Shown: positions 12,314 to 24,851, numbered from the whole stretch's first letter. The stretch is DNA of 62,978 nucleotides, filler included, from Hyphochytrium catenoides (GCA_900088475.1; 9 parts of 9 records of this genome joined end to end with filler, not necessarily neighbours in it), one strand, 5' to 3'. Numbers and translations are program-made. Notes: a model not told the origin generated them from the letters alone.

Positions 12314-14883
12314 ATGAGCATGGAAGGAGGAGCGGAGCAGTCGACCAGCCCATCATTCCGTAAGATGTCCGCTCAGAAGCTGTACGAGAGTCACTGGAGC
12401 AATGTCGTGGAGACAGCGATCGCAGAGTATAGAGACAAACAAGAGAAAAAGACGGAAGAGAGAAGAAGACAGCAGAGAAGAGAGAAGAGAGAAGGCTGGG
12501 GCACGCCTATCGTCCTGCGCTACGGCGTCAAGTGCTCCTCCAACTCATTAGCAGAGAAAGAGGAGAGAGGAGAAAGAGAGAGGAGTGGGCCAGCAGACAT
12601 TCTCCTGGTCGAGCAGCTTCTGCATCTGTTGAAGATCAACAGCGACCAGAAAGGAAAGAAGAAAGAGAGAGAGAGCGATGGAGAGAAAGACAGAGCTCAA
12701 GAGAGAGAGAGGACGGGCAGTGTAGAGCAAGAGGAGACAGCTTTAAGAGAGAGACAAGATGAGAAAGAGAGCGAGGAAGAGGACTTTCCAGTGCCGGAAG
12801 AGTATGAGGGAGGCTTTAGCTCCGAGACAGAGTTCCTCGGCTCCTCCTCCTCAGAAGAAGAAGAAGCGGGAGACATTGACACCAATGACGCAGAAGAGAA
12901 AGAGGAAGAACCGCTTGAGGAGAAGGCCCTTCTCTCGCCTCTGTCTCTCTCTCTTTCTCTGGACGGAAAGGAGAGAGAGAAGACAGAGAGAGACACAACG
13001 GCTTCTCCCTCCCTGGCAGTCTTCCCACTTCCTGCTATGGAGCCTTCAGAAGAAGAGGATGAGGAGGAAGAAGAAGAAGATGATGAGCTTTCTGCCTTTC
13101 TCTTTAGAAAAGAAGTCATAGCTACCGAGAGAGAGAGACCACCGCTGCCAACTAGTGCCTCTGCTAGATCCTTTACTCCCCATAACGCACGACAAAGAGA
13201 AGAGAGAGAGACAGTGGAAGAGAGAGACGAAGAAGTCGTCTTCAACATGCAAGAGTTGTGCCTCTCAGATAAAGAAAGAGACTCATCACGATGCGAGAGA
13301 GAGGATAAAAGAGAGAGAGAAGAAGAGAGAAAGGGATCTCGACGCCAACCTCTCAGGGCACTCAAGGGGCAGACAATGGCCCAACGGCTGAATCTCCTGC
13401 CATCTGGACCAGGAGCAAGCGATGGGAGCAGCTGTGTGAAGGAGAAGCAAGGGAAGGAAAAGACTGCGAGAAACAACGCTCTGGATGAGAAAGAAAGAGA
13501 GAAGAGCAACGAGGAGGAGCTAAGGATCTTCTTAGAAGAGAGAGAAAGAGACGAGAAAGAGGAAAGTAGTGTTCCTCTCTTCCTCCAGCATGTCAGGGGC
13601 GGCGTTATCTTCGACCAAGAGATAGTCTCCCCCTTCCTTGCAGCTTTGATGCCTGCCCTGTCTTCCTCTCATGTTGACATTCCCAAGGGAAAAGAGGAGC
13701 AGGCTGAAGAAGAAGAGAGACAATGCTCTACTCTCATTCTCACTACGACAGAGCGACTGGGCGAGTGGGAGAAGGAGCTGAGCGCCTCTTGGCCGTCAAT
13801 AACCTACTTCTCTCTCTCGGGCAGACGGAGATTGCCCCGTAGCGGCCTGGCAGGCTTTCAAATCGTCCTCTCAATGTACTCGACAGTAGCAGCGACGGGA
13901 AGGAAGAGCAGTCACCCATTGCGAACAGAGGTAACCACTGACAAGGTGCAGGGACAAAGCCGAAGAAGCGGAGGAGAGAGAAAGTGTACTACCGGGCTTG
14001 TATAGATGCAAGGACTAGTACTAGGGGATGAAGAAAGAGAAAGCGGGAGAGACGGAGAGAGAAAAGGGGGCAGGACAGAGAGAAGGAAGAAAGAATAGGA
14101 CTCGGTCTGACATTGGCAGCAGGGCCGCTTCATGAGCGTGACGAGTGGCTTTGAAGGAGCGGTTGGGTCAGTATTGCATCAGCAGACTTGGCGTCGCGTT
14201 GTCTTCGATGCGGCGCAGGAGCTGAACAACTTGCATACAGTCAGGTGACACAAAGAGAGAACCCTGACGCTCTCTTCTCTCAGTCGCTCTTTCTTTTTGT
14301 CCCTCTTCCGTCCTATATCTCGTCACAACCATCATTTTACTTTGACCTTACTAAAAACTGTTCCTACCTCTTCCTCTTCAGATCGCAGAGTGCCCAGAGC
14401 TTAGAAAGAGACATTACTTGGTGCTTGGTCACGAAGAGTGTACGTGCCTGGGACGTGAGAGGATGGAAAGCCTTCCTTTTCCGTTGGTTGTCTCAAAGTC
14501 TGCTCTCTGAATGTACCAGGGCCTTGCGATGAAGGATAACTGGCGGAATCTCTTCCATTTGCTGGGTGTCCCTCACACTTGCTCCATGTCAACTGCTCTA
14601 GCGCACTTGGTGAGTGATCTATACGTCGAGCATATCATCTCCTGATTCCTCTCTCACTAGGGACCTCAGACCTTCCCTATCTCCTATGATGTCTGTCCTT
14701 CAAGCAAGATTTGGCATAGTCCTTTCGTTCCCTTATCACTAATATTTCTCTCGCTCTCTCCCTTGGCTTAAGGTCCTTCGACGCTATGATCCATTCAAGA
14801 TGGTCCAGCAGATGAAGCAGCAGGAGGAGCAGGAGAAGGAGAACCGCCGCGCCAGAAAGATGAGAGCGTTAAAGCTCATATAA
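12314..14883 (+). CDS. Acidic low-complexity protein with a degenerate SNF2/RAD5-like ATPase N-lobe (multi-exon)
   Basis: Exon 1 12314-13930 (GT at 13931), exon about 14120-14244 VLHQQTWRRVVFDAAQELNN, exon from 14382 SAQSLERDITWCLVT, last exon ending TAA 14881-14883. Motif order VRGGVIFD / TLILT / WEKEL / IVLSMYSTV / WRRVVFD / WCLVT mirrors SNF2_N. Confidence 0.65.
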
Positions 14884-15235
14884 AGTGAGAAGGAAGTAAA
14901 TGAGGGAAATGGAGAGCTGGAGGATGGAAGATAATGCCTCCCAACCCCTGCCGCGCTCTGCTCCTTAACGTTATGGCATAACAGCAGATACCGGCAGCCT
15001 TGACTGAAGCGATGCTTGCTGAGCGGACGCAGTCAGATTATCCACGTTTTTTGGACCCTACTTTCACAGATCCAAGGCAGGGAACACAGCGAAGGAGCTA
15101 ACCAAGTGGATAGGCGACATGGGCATACTTATCAGCGTGGAGAAGAAGGCTTTTGCTGTCGTTAAGAGACTATATAGCAATTGGCGGACAGAGCCACAAG
15201 CGACAACCAGAAGGGCAGGCCGCAACCCTCCCAAG

Positions 15236-17829
15236 TTATTCTGTCTTAGGCTTCTGAGACGGGCGCCGAGGAGCAGCGGCGGTGCCAAAGAGCTTATCTC
15301 TAACGAAGAAGAAGCTAGAGAAGACTACCCAGACAGAGAAGATGAGGAGTATAGCTGCAGGCAAAGTGCAGATGCCAGAGAAGACCATCAGGCGAAGTGA
15401 CTTCGCAAAGACATGAGGCTCCCCTCTTACTGGCTGACAGCTGTCCTGGCTCAGAGTGGTATCGTCCGGGAACGTTGTGGGCAGGAAGCGGTACTCGAAG
15501 GCAGTCTCCCCTTTCACGCCATACAGCCTAAAAACGGAACCAAAGACAAGACCTTAGACATAAGCGAGGCCCGCGAAGTAGAAAGCGCAACCTACACAGG
15601 CCATAGCGACTCCTCTCTCTACCTTTCGACATGACCTCAGTCTTATCCTAGCAGTAGGCCCATCCCATCACCGTACAACCTTTATCTCTATGCTCGACCA
15701 TGACATTCATAGGTTCCGTCTTCGCGACCTTTCTTCTACTTGTCCGTTCTCTTCTACGATAGGTATACTTGCTTACCTGGCAGTCACCTCTGGGACGCCC
15801 GTCTCTTCATCTCGAGTATCCCAGTGAATCTCAAGTTCGCCAAAGTTGAGAAAAGCGTAGTGAAGGTCCCAGCGTGGGCGGTAGGGCCAGGGTAATACAT
15901 AGTCCGCTACCCAGAAGAAAGGAGAGTACCAGGCAGTGCCCTGATATAACCCCAATCGACAGGAACCAGTGAGACCGTCAGGTTGAATTAAAGGATAGAA
16001 GTGAAGCGGAAAGCACATCCTGTAGATGAGTGCCTTACCCAGCTGTGAGTCATCCCACTGCTAGTGATTTCTGTCACTTTCACGCCGTTGCACACTGCTT
16101 GAGACACCTCCGCATAGTGGACATCACCGCTGGAGGTCAGGAAAGTATGAAAGTAGTAGACATAAGGCGAGTGTAACGGACAAAGAGCATAAAAATGATA
16201 GGGCTTACCTGAGGAAGACAACCCCTTTCACGCCGGTCTGGGCAATAAGGTCTAGCATCTGCTGTCTCCTTTTCTCAAAGCGGTTCCAGCTCTCTCCAAA
16301 CAGCTTGTCCGTCGGCACCAACTGTCAAAGACACGATATGTAGTTTGCGTTAGATGACCTGAGAGCAAATCACATCCTTTTCTGTTCAGTGGGAATTATC
16401 TCTATTGATTGTCTAAGTCTATGAAGATAAGGACCGTCTCTCACCTGGATGCTGCTCACGATGATATTGACAGCAGCAGTCGATGTTGATAGCTCCTGAG
16501 TGAGCCACTCCCATTGCTTTTTCCCAAGGAAGTCTCCCGCCTTGTTTTTATAATAGTCTCTATGGTACCTAAAAGTTTGAGAGATGTTGAGAACAAGAGA
16601 CACGCGATGAAGACGGGGTAATGAAAGACCGAGGCAAGAGGTCACCAGTGAAAGAACGAACTCGAAATAGAGGAGAAGGGATCACCGCTACGCATAATGA
16701 AGCAAGTCAGTGTTGAGGAGATGGTGAGATACAAAGGAGTTGCCAACGGGAAGTCTGCGCAGCGGGCCGACTCAAGGGCGGAAGGGTACCGGTCACACGA
16801 GGAAGGACGACCCCAATCTAGTAGCTAGGGAAGGTCATGGCTCCTCTACCTTGTGTCGAGCAAAATCACCTTCACTTGCTTATTGCCTGACCCATAGGTA
16901 TACGAGCTGTAGATGCCCTAATGAGAGAATGGAGTGCAGCGGCACGTAGGAGACAGTCAGAGACACTTCAGGGAAGCAGTGGCGGATCATCTGGAGATAT
17001 ATTTACCTTCTGCTTCCAGCGCGGAGAGTCTTCGGGTTCACCAATAAACTTGAGGAAGAGCTGCTGGGACGCTTCCTTGTAGGGGAACCACTTCCCACCA
17101 TCATTTCTTCCTGTCGGACAAAGGGTCAGTCCAACGGCAACCTCCCCACAGTCCACCATATTCTAGGTCGGCACCGTGTCTCTACGACTGGTACCCTCTC
17201 TTCTCGCCTCTTTCTGCTTGTTGAGAAAACTCTCTCCCTTGTGGCTCTCATCGGGGCGAGTAGCTTACCATAGTCATGGTCATCCCAGGTTCCAATGATG
17301 GGGACACGCTCTGTGAACTGCTTGTACTCTTGCTGGCTCAGCTGCTTTCTAGGAACGAGGATAAGCTAAGGGAAGGGTCCAGAACAATGGAGAACGGAAA
17401 CATAGATAAAGTAGAGAGAATTAGGCAAGAAGAGCTCTGGAAAAGCATTAAGACTGAAGCGTTGAGTGCGTTTTGACGCACTGACTTGTAAATCGCTTCA
17501 ATCTTGGAGGGCGGCGCATTGACAAAGGGGGTGAACGGCGGCTTGAAGCTCTTCAAGTCATTGAAGTCTTTGAAGTCTGCATAAATCTGGGAGACACAAA
17601 GAGTAAGGGAAAGTTATCTAGAGGAAAGACCATAAGGACTTACATTATCTCCCATCCAGATCCATAGGTCAGGGCTCTTACTATCAATAATAGGCCAGAG
17701 CGGCTGAGGGAACTTTGGGTTACTGCATGAGCCGAATGCGATCTTGTTAACCTCGTTCAGCGACGCAGCATGGGCCCAGCCCAAGCCAGTTGCAGCGGCA
17801 ATGGCTGCAACCAGCAAAGACTTGATCAT
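15236..17829 (-). CDS. phoD: PhoD-like alkaline phosphatase with signal peptide and C-terminal membrane anchor (about 10 exons)
   Basis: Exons give IAFGSC, PDLWIWMGDN-YAD, IGTWDDHDYG-NDGG, VILLDTR-YHRD, DFLGKKQWEWL, ESW, LS-GDVHYAE, EITSSGMTHS and NFGELEIHW; TM segment in last exon 15236-15517. Confidence 0.92.
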
Positions 17830-18598
17830 CCCTCCCGCTCTTTGATGGTGCTGGCCGTGTGGGTGTCGCACTTCACTCCTCTCACAATCCAAGGCAACTA
17901 TTTTTGACAACGACGAGCTCTTCTGCAGAACCGGAGAGGGTGGTGCAATCATGAAGCCACTGCCTCAAAGCAGTGAACCTGCAAACGGAAGAAGTCGTCT
18001 CCTATCTCTGGGATACAGGCAGACTGCTCCTAGCTAGGAGTAGACCAAAGCGTAGAAGCACGATGAAGCGCAGATTATGAAGCTTCTTTCACTTGAGTTG
18101 CGGTCCTAATGAGAGTGAAAGAATGTGACCAAAAAAACGCAGACAATCGATCTTCAAGAAGATGCGAAAGATCCGTCATATAACTCTATCGATAACCTCT
18201 AACGATGATTTGTTTATCGATCTTGTTGGCAGTAATCATTACGAACCTTAATTGATTTTCTTGGTACAGGCACCTACAAAGTACATGAACATTTTGAGAT
18301 GAAGTTGATCATCAATGCAAGCAGCAAGCAGCACCTTCTTGGCAATAATCTCCATCTGAAGGAGGCTCCGACTAGCTGCTTGGAATCAGGGAGCTCAAAA
18401 GCTCGGTCCACGAGATGGCGCAAAGATGAAGCTATCAAGAACGGGGCATGCAGGCTGCACTGTTCTAGCATCAATCTAAGTGATTCGCCTCACTCACACC
18501 TTCGTGATGGTCTAGGGAGCTACAGTTGTGAAGCTCTGGAGGTCCTGAGAAGAGGGAGAAGAGTGGCCCTGCCGTTCATTTTTAAAGCTCTTGAAAAG

Positions 18599-20548
18599 AT
18601 GTTCCGCGCGGACCGACCGATCAGTATAGAGGCCGCACGGTGCCCTTTCGATTGCTTATAAGCGCACCTGACTTGCGGCTGCAGACTCCGAAGGATGGCG
18701 GAATCAGGTGTCAATCGCACCAGTTCCAGCCTCTCCAAACTCACCCCGGGTTCTATCCACACTGGCTCCTCAATGTCTATTCAAAGTGCTGCAGATGACG
18801 TAGATAATTTGGGAGACTCTCTGGCAGCCACAGCGCCCTCCTCACCATCTTCACACTCCCTTCCTCCGCCGCACGATGAATTGGGAAGCTCTTTAACTTT
18901 GGGCCGCCATTCGCCAATCCCTCGATCCGCTAGTGCTCCTATCACAGAGAGTTCAGTCCAGACCCTTGTCGCTGATGACGTAACCAAGCCCGAACGAAGA
19001 GGCATTCCTCCGCCGTTAGATGTTTCCTCCCTCAAGGTAGCGTTCACAAGGGGAGCCCACCTGCCCCATGCTGACATCTCCCTCTTTCTACGGTCCACTC
19101 TGACCCAGTTCTAAACCTCTAAACTGTCTCTTTTGCCTGCTCTGCCAGCCTGGTCGGAATCTGGGTTCAGGGTTGTGGAGAAAGAGACGTGAAGACTCCC
19201 GTTCTCGGTTCACTGTTGTTGATGCACCAGATATAGACTCTGGGCTCTCCTCCGGCTCGAGCCCAGCGGCTAAAGTGACTGATGAGGGTGGTACTGGTAG
19301 CTCCTTGCTAGCAAGGAAATTTAAGGGTCGCAGGTATGTAGCCCTGATAAATTCTTGTGCAGGCCTATCTATATTTAAGGAGTGCAGCCCTGGGGCTCAT
19401 TCGGAGAACAGTAAAGCTTGCTCATGCGCTCCTCTTCACGAAATACAGTGATAGCTGAAGGGATTCTGATTGGGCAAAATTAGCTTCATCAACAACAAGG
19501 GTCGGAAGAGAGAGAGAAAGATAATATACGAAGACCGCTTCACGCAAGTTTTCTGACACTGCACCGTCACCGTTTCTGTTGACCGTTGATTCAGGAAGAA
19601 GACGAAGAAGAAAGGGAGATTTACAATCACGGAGATTGACCCAGTTTCACCAGACACTGCAGATTCCGGGGCTCAAGGGACTTATTCTCATGATGATGCC
19701 TCCGAAATAGTTGAGAGTCCTAGTAGCTGGATGGGTAGCAAGGTACGCATCAACAGATTTAAAAGATAGACCCAGGTGCACGGTTCTACCGCAAGAGGGT
19801 ATTTCGACCTAGTGAACGCTGGAACAAGCAACTCTCAAAATATTCCTTGCTATAGCAGTACGGCTGGTTTGAACAAGGCAGATGATCTGCCGCAAAGATA
19901 CAGGGCTTATTCCAACTCAGTCGCCGCTTTTGCACTTCTTGATAGGATCAACGTAGTCGGGTTCGAAGCGTTGCAGTCTCGGTTGAGGGTAAAGATGCTC
20001 GCAGCAGGATAAGAGGAATCCCAGCTTCCCCGCTCCTAAGATCGGAGACAAGAGATTCTGTCTCTTTCATTCCTGCGACTGCATCGCCTGTTGTTTTCTT
20101 CGAGGCGATGGATGTGCTTGAGAATGAAGTGAAGTCTGTCAGGGACCAGCTCGCTTTCCTCTCAGGTGCTTACTCGCCGAGATAGCAAGTGTCTCTTATT
20201 ATCTGTCTGCTTACAGCTCAGTCTATTTCTCTCTCTTGTCACTGTGCAGCTCAGCAGTTGCACACGCAAGGAATTTTGGAGCAGATGTCAGCAATCCTCC
20301 ATTCAAGGACAGCTGAACGCAACCGTGTCGCTACGAAAGAAGAAGATAAAGAGCCAGATGGCCAAGAAGAAAAGCCTGCTCCCGCGGCGGCTTGCAGCGT
20401 AGTCCTCCCTGTTCCAGGCCGTACCTCCTTGGAAGCTGTTAAAACAACAATCGTAAGTGCGAAGAAAAAGGCGAGCCCGAATGAGACTATTGGCTAAAGA
20501 GCGTGGCTGATGTCAGTCTGGGATTGCTCCATTTTCTCTTTGTGTTTG
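18599..20548 (+). CDS. Hypothetical multi-exon Ser/Pro-rich protein with a coiled-coil segment; probably runs into the gap
   Basis: Successive + strand ORF pieces bounded by GT/AG (18695-19036, about 19150-19333, 20070-20165, about 20235-20452); no recognisable family. Confidence 0.4.
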
Positions 20549-20649
20549 NNNNNNNNNNNNNNNNNNNNNNNNNNNNNNNNNNNNNNNNNNNNTTAATTAA
20601 TTAANNNNNNNNNNNNNNNNNNNNNNNNNNNNNNNNNNNNNNNNNNNNA

Positions 20650-22308
20650 AGCAGACGTCAACACCTTATCAATGTCCAAGTTCCCGCCGCTGCTTTCATG
20701 AGTGGTATCTCAGTCTCGCAGAGTCAGCAATTCCACGGCCTATCATCCATTCGTCCCTTGTCGAACAAGACAGCTAGGCGGGGTGTGGAAAAGACAAAGA
20801 AGGCAATCCAAAAGGAAGTGAATAAGGGCCTGGCAGAGAGCCGCGAGGAGTCTAGGGGCAAAGCAACATCTTTCATCACAGTGCAGACAAGAAGCGGTCT
20901 CACTGTCGAGCTACCAGAGATTACTGTGTCAGTCGATGGCGTCTACAGCACTAGAAGTACAAAGAGCAACATGGCACGCTCAAAGTCGATGGCCGTTGTC
21001 GCAGTTGACGCCAAGACCCACAAGCCGGTGGACCTACGCGTGTTTTCAACTTACTGCGCGAAGTGCGTTTACAGCGCAAAGAAGCGTGGGACAACGAAGC
21101 ATGATGGAGTGTGCAATAGGAACCTCTACGGAAGCATATGCACAGGAGAATCTAAGGCTGTGGAGTCTATTGCAAAGGAGCAATACGAAGGTCTCAAGCT
21201 CTACATTAAGCAGATTGTCTCTGATGGGGACCTGAGGACTCAGGCAGCGGCAAATGCAGGCTCTGATCATCATATAGGTAGGATACCATGTAGTGCACAC
21301 GCAACCAAGTGCTTGGCTGGCGCGCTTATCAAAGGATCGACAGAGATGAATGTTTCTCGACACCTGACAGTAGGGCGCTGCAAAGCCATGGCCAAGGAAG
21401 CCCTTCTTTGCGTTGGTGGGCTTAAGGGTATCTCCATATCGGACCCAGACTTCGACAGTCATGTGCAGAATGCTAGGGATCAGGTCATAAATATTGTGGC
21501 CCATCACTGCAACGATCACACTTCATGCTCTGTCTCCTTTTGCGAGTGGAAGAAGATGCAGAAGGACAAGCCCCAGTACTCTGTCCACGAGCTAAATCGG
21601 CGATACTGCCCACGCTTCCCTCCTCTGAACCTTACGGAGGAGGAGAGGAGAACCCTTACTCAGGTATTTGCCAGGGAGATAACGGAGGAAAGTGCGCACC
21701 TTCTAAGCCTGGAGATGACCACGAATGATAATGAGAGTCTCCATTCCGAAGTAGCAAAGATGACCGGAGGGAAGCGCCTCTGCTACACAAGAACGGATTC
21801 GTGGGAGGTGTGTGTGGCTGTGGCTGTGCTATCAAGACTGTCGTGGACCTGGGAAGAGCGAGTGTTAAGCACCCTGGGAGTTCCTGAAGACTCAGTGGCG
21901 AGAGGAGCGTTCTATCAGAAAAGGAATCACCTCAGAAAGTACCACAAGGACTTCAAGAAGCGCGACGCCTATAAGCAGCAGCGGAGGGATGCGAGAAAAC
22001 GGCAGGATCGCAGCCTTGAGACTGTGGCTGACGAGAATCTTAACTACTCTACCAATATTGTCTCTCTTAGTGGTGAAGCCAATGGTCTCGCGAAGCAACG
22101 TATACCGACTCCTGCGAGCACTACAAAGAAGCGGAAGAGGGTGCCGGCCGCATGTAAACGTTGTGAGTCTACGTCTCATCGCACGAATAAGTGTGACTTT
22201 CTCGGTGGTGGAGGAGTTCAGCCACTGAATAAGAAGGAGAAAAGACCCAGGAAACGAGTTGATGAGATTGACATGAGCTACATTATAAAAAACAATCTAC
22301 TAAGATAA
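20650..22308 (+). CDS. Kolobok/Mutator-like DDE transposase, 5'-truncated, with C-terminal CCHC knuckle
   Basis: Frame is open from the gap (SRRQHLINVQVPAAAFM...). Motifs ITVSVDG, STYCAKC..H..CNRN..GS..GES, IVSDGD, CSAHATK, HHCNDHTSC...FC, TTNDNESLHS and CKRCESTSHRTNKC; no stops or frameshifts. Confidence 0.88.
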   Translation, partial: SRRQHLINVQVPAAAFMSGISVSQSQQFHGLSSIRPLSNKTARRGVEKTKKAIQKEVNKGLAESREESRGKATSFITVQTRSGLTVELPEITVSVDGVYSTRSTKSNMARSKSMAVVAVDAKTHKPVDLRVFSTYCAKCVYSAKKRGTTKHDGVCNRNLYGSICTGESKAVESIAKEQYEGLKLYIKQIVSDGDLRTQAAANAGSDHHIGRIPCSAHATKCLAGALIKGSTEMNVSRHLTVGRCKAMAKEALLCVGGLKGISISDPDFDSHVQNARDQVINIVAHHCNDHTSCSVSFCEWKKMQKDKPQYSVHELNRRYCPRFPPLNLTEEERRTLTQVFAREITEESAHLLSLEMTTNDNESLHSEVAKMTGGKRLCYTRTDSWEVCVAVAVLSRLSWTWEERVLSTLGVPEDSVARGAFYQKRNHLRKYHKDFKKRDAYKQQRRDARKRQDRSLETVADENLNYSTNIVSLSGEANGLAKQRIPTPASTTKKRKRVPAACKRCESTSHRTNKCDFLGGGGVQPLNKKEKRPRKRVDEIDMSYIIKNNLLR

Positions 22309-22326
22309 TAGAGATTGATTTGCCCT

Positions 22327-23946
22327 CTATGATGCAGCTTTTTTAAAATGGGTGTATATGCCATCAGGTTCAGGCCACTTCTCTCTTACTGCTTTAATCA
22401 CACAGGGAGGAAGGTCTTTCCGATTCCCTTGGCCTCTTACATCAAAGACATTGGTGCTGTACCAGTAGTAGGCTATATGTCTCCTGTGACCTAAAGGCAT
22501 GGTGGAGCAGTCGTCAGCATCTTTATAGGAATCTTCTACAAAAGGGCATTCATCCCAGATGCGACGCACGTCGTCGGGCAGTGGGTATAGAGCCATCACA
22601 CAGTTAGTGAAGTGCAGAAATGAAGTGGAGCAGTACGCTCCATCGCATATACCACTGAATTGCTCTGGTGTCGGGGAGGGAGGAAGTTCGACTCTACCCG
22701 CCGTCCTCGAGGATTTGGCACCAAAGCTGGCGGTATCGGGGAATACGTAAGCGACGGGTAGCTGCTTCTTGCAATGATCTAGAAGAGGGCCATCCTCCCA
22801 AGTAAAGTCCAGAACATTAATCACCTTGTACGTTTTATCATCCTTAGTATAGATGATTGGAGCGTATGTTGTGATCACCATCAATCGCTTCTTAGGTTGA
22901 TAAGCCTCTCCAAGCTCGAAGTCGTCAGGCAGCTCTCGAGTAACCTTGCTTAACATCTGCGAAGCCACTCGACCATTTAGGAGGCTTTCTCCATCAGTGA
23001 GCTGTAGTTGTCTGATCTTAAAGTTCCTGCGTCGGGTTCCGACTGCGACGACAGGTTCAACGACCAGCTTCACCACATATAGACGTAGCTCTTTGCTCTC
23101 AGTAGTCAGAGCCGCATCCTCTGATGAGGTAATGAAGGTCCTTATAGATCCTGGTATCACTCCGCACTTATGTAAAAGCTGCATGAAGCGCTGTAATAGA
23201 GGTATGCAAGAACGGTGTTATTGAGAGGAAGACCATGCCACACAATTGAGTACCTCTTTGTCCGTGTGATGTCGTGCTCTTGGGGTTCTCGTCGCAGACT
23301 TTGCCGACTCTTTTAGTTGTCGAGGAGTACTCTTCTTGAGCCTTTTGAAGGTGCCACTGCTAGTGCCATCATTGGAGCCCTTGACTTCCTTTCGCTGCGC
23401 CTTATTACGCTTCAGCTTAGGAGTGATGCTAGTAATATCACAAGTCGCAGTGGCATTGGTTACTCTAAGTCTCATCTCATTAGCAGTGACCAGGGTAGGG
23501 CCGCTTTCACCGCCGCCGCCGCTTGTTGGTGGGCTTAGGAGAAGGGACGATTCCCGAACCAGAGAGTTACTTGGACTAGGAGAAGATGACGGTATTATGA
23601 CTTCTTCTGTTCCTCTTCTCAATCTTGATGACGCCTCATCCTCTTCAGTCCCACCAGAAGAAGCGGCAAAATTAGTAATGAGGTCTTCAGATATGCCCAT
23701 TTCCTGTGTCAGGAAAGTAGCGAAGAAACTGAAGGCGGTAGAGCTTAAGATAAGTTGGGGATGGCCACGAAGGAGGTCTAAGAACTGCCGGAGCTTCAGA
23801 GCCAGGTCATCGAGAATCGCTGCTTGTTTGTCAGATTTGGTAGCGCGACGCTTCTTCTGCCCTGCAGCAGGAGGAGCTCGAGCGCGTTCGGGACTGGACG
23901 ACGGTGCCTGCCCTCCACCATCATGTTCTTTTTCTTCTACCATCAT
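22327..23946 (-). CDS. KolX / P2X7-ballast-like accessory protein with putative OB fold; two exons (23946-23254, 23190-22327), about 518 aa
   Basis: A 63-nt GT..CAG intron (23253-23191) joins the two ORFs in frame. C-terminus RRHIAYYWYSTNVFDVRGQGNRKDLPPCVIKAVREKWPEPDGIYTHFK fits the ballast/KolX pattern R..AY...G.GNR..LP.C....R..P...G.Y..FK. Confidence 0.8.
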
Positions 23947-24595
23947 GAGACAGCACGGACAGAGACACTGGAAGAAGGATGATGATGAAGACCCCTGCTA
24001 TGACGGACGAAGGTCTCCATCCCACAGCATCATCGCACGAAGAGAGAAGAAGCTTGACTTTTCTCGTCTGAGTCGTGTGAACACGAGCACTTGCTCAATC
24101 GGCAATGATGAGCAGAAAAGCGCGGGAGATCACCTTATGACCCAATTTATTCATTTTTGTACCGACTAAGCAGCGACAATAGGTATCCTCAAGCCACCTC
24201 AGGCCATCCAAAGGGGTTTCTCATTTCTCCGAGACACCCCCTCATAGTCGAGCTTTTTCTAGAGCTTACTTTTTTAATCTAGGATAAGCCAGAGAGGTGC
24301 CTTACCCTAAAACGATTAAAAGACGGTTAGAGGGACTATAGGGTCCAGATTCATCACTTGTCACCAAATTTACAAAAGGGGCGTCCACCTTAACCACTGT
24401 TGCTTTTCCCAAAACGAATAAAAGGTTTCCTAGAAATATTGGGCAGCTAGCATGACACATTTCGAAGGTTGGCACGCCTTCCCTAAACCCCTTGAACAGT
24501 AAGATACCTTAAGGCGCAACTCACAAAACCTATGATCTCATTAACAACCGCCTAAGGGGGAACGGAATTACTGAAACGGCGAGGAGGGGCCCAGA

Positions 24596-24792
24596 ATAGA
24601 GAGAGAGAGAGAGAAGAAGAGAGAAAAGAGAGAGAGAGAGAGAGAAAAAGAGAGAGAGAGAGTTGAGACAGAGTCTTTAGAAATGTTCGGAAGTGAAAGA
24701 GGAAGGGGGCAGACAGAGAGAGAGGGAACTGGTACTAAGGAAGAGACATGGATGAGGTTGGGAACATTTGTAGGAGGAAAGGAAAGGAATGG

Positions 24793-24851
<59 letters not shown>

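Larger units (their letters stand above)
20649..24389 (+). mobile_element. Kolobok-like DNA transposon (transposase plus convergent KolX-like gene); left end lost in the gap
   Basis: Two tail-to-tail genes with stops 18 nt apart. Candidate right terminus ...GCGTCCACC|TTAA at 24389 (alternative CC|TTAA at 24508); host (AG)n DNA resumes after about 24600. Confidence 0.75.

Noticed and set aside
23336-24169. 277-aa + strand ORF, and likewise the 270-aa ORF at 12697-13509
   Set aside because: Antisense shadows of better-supported genes
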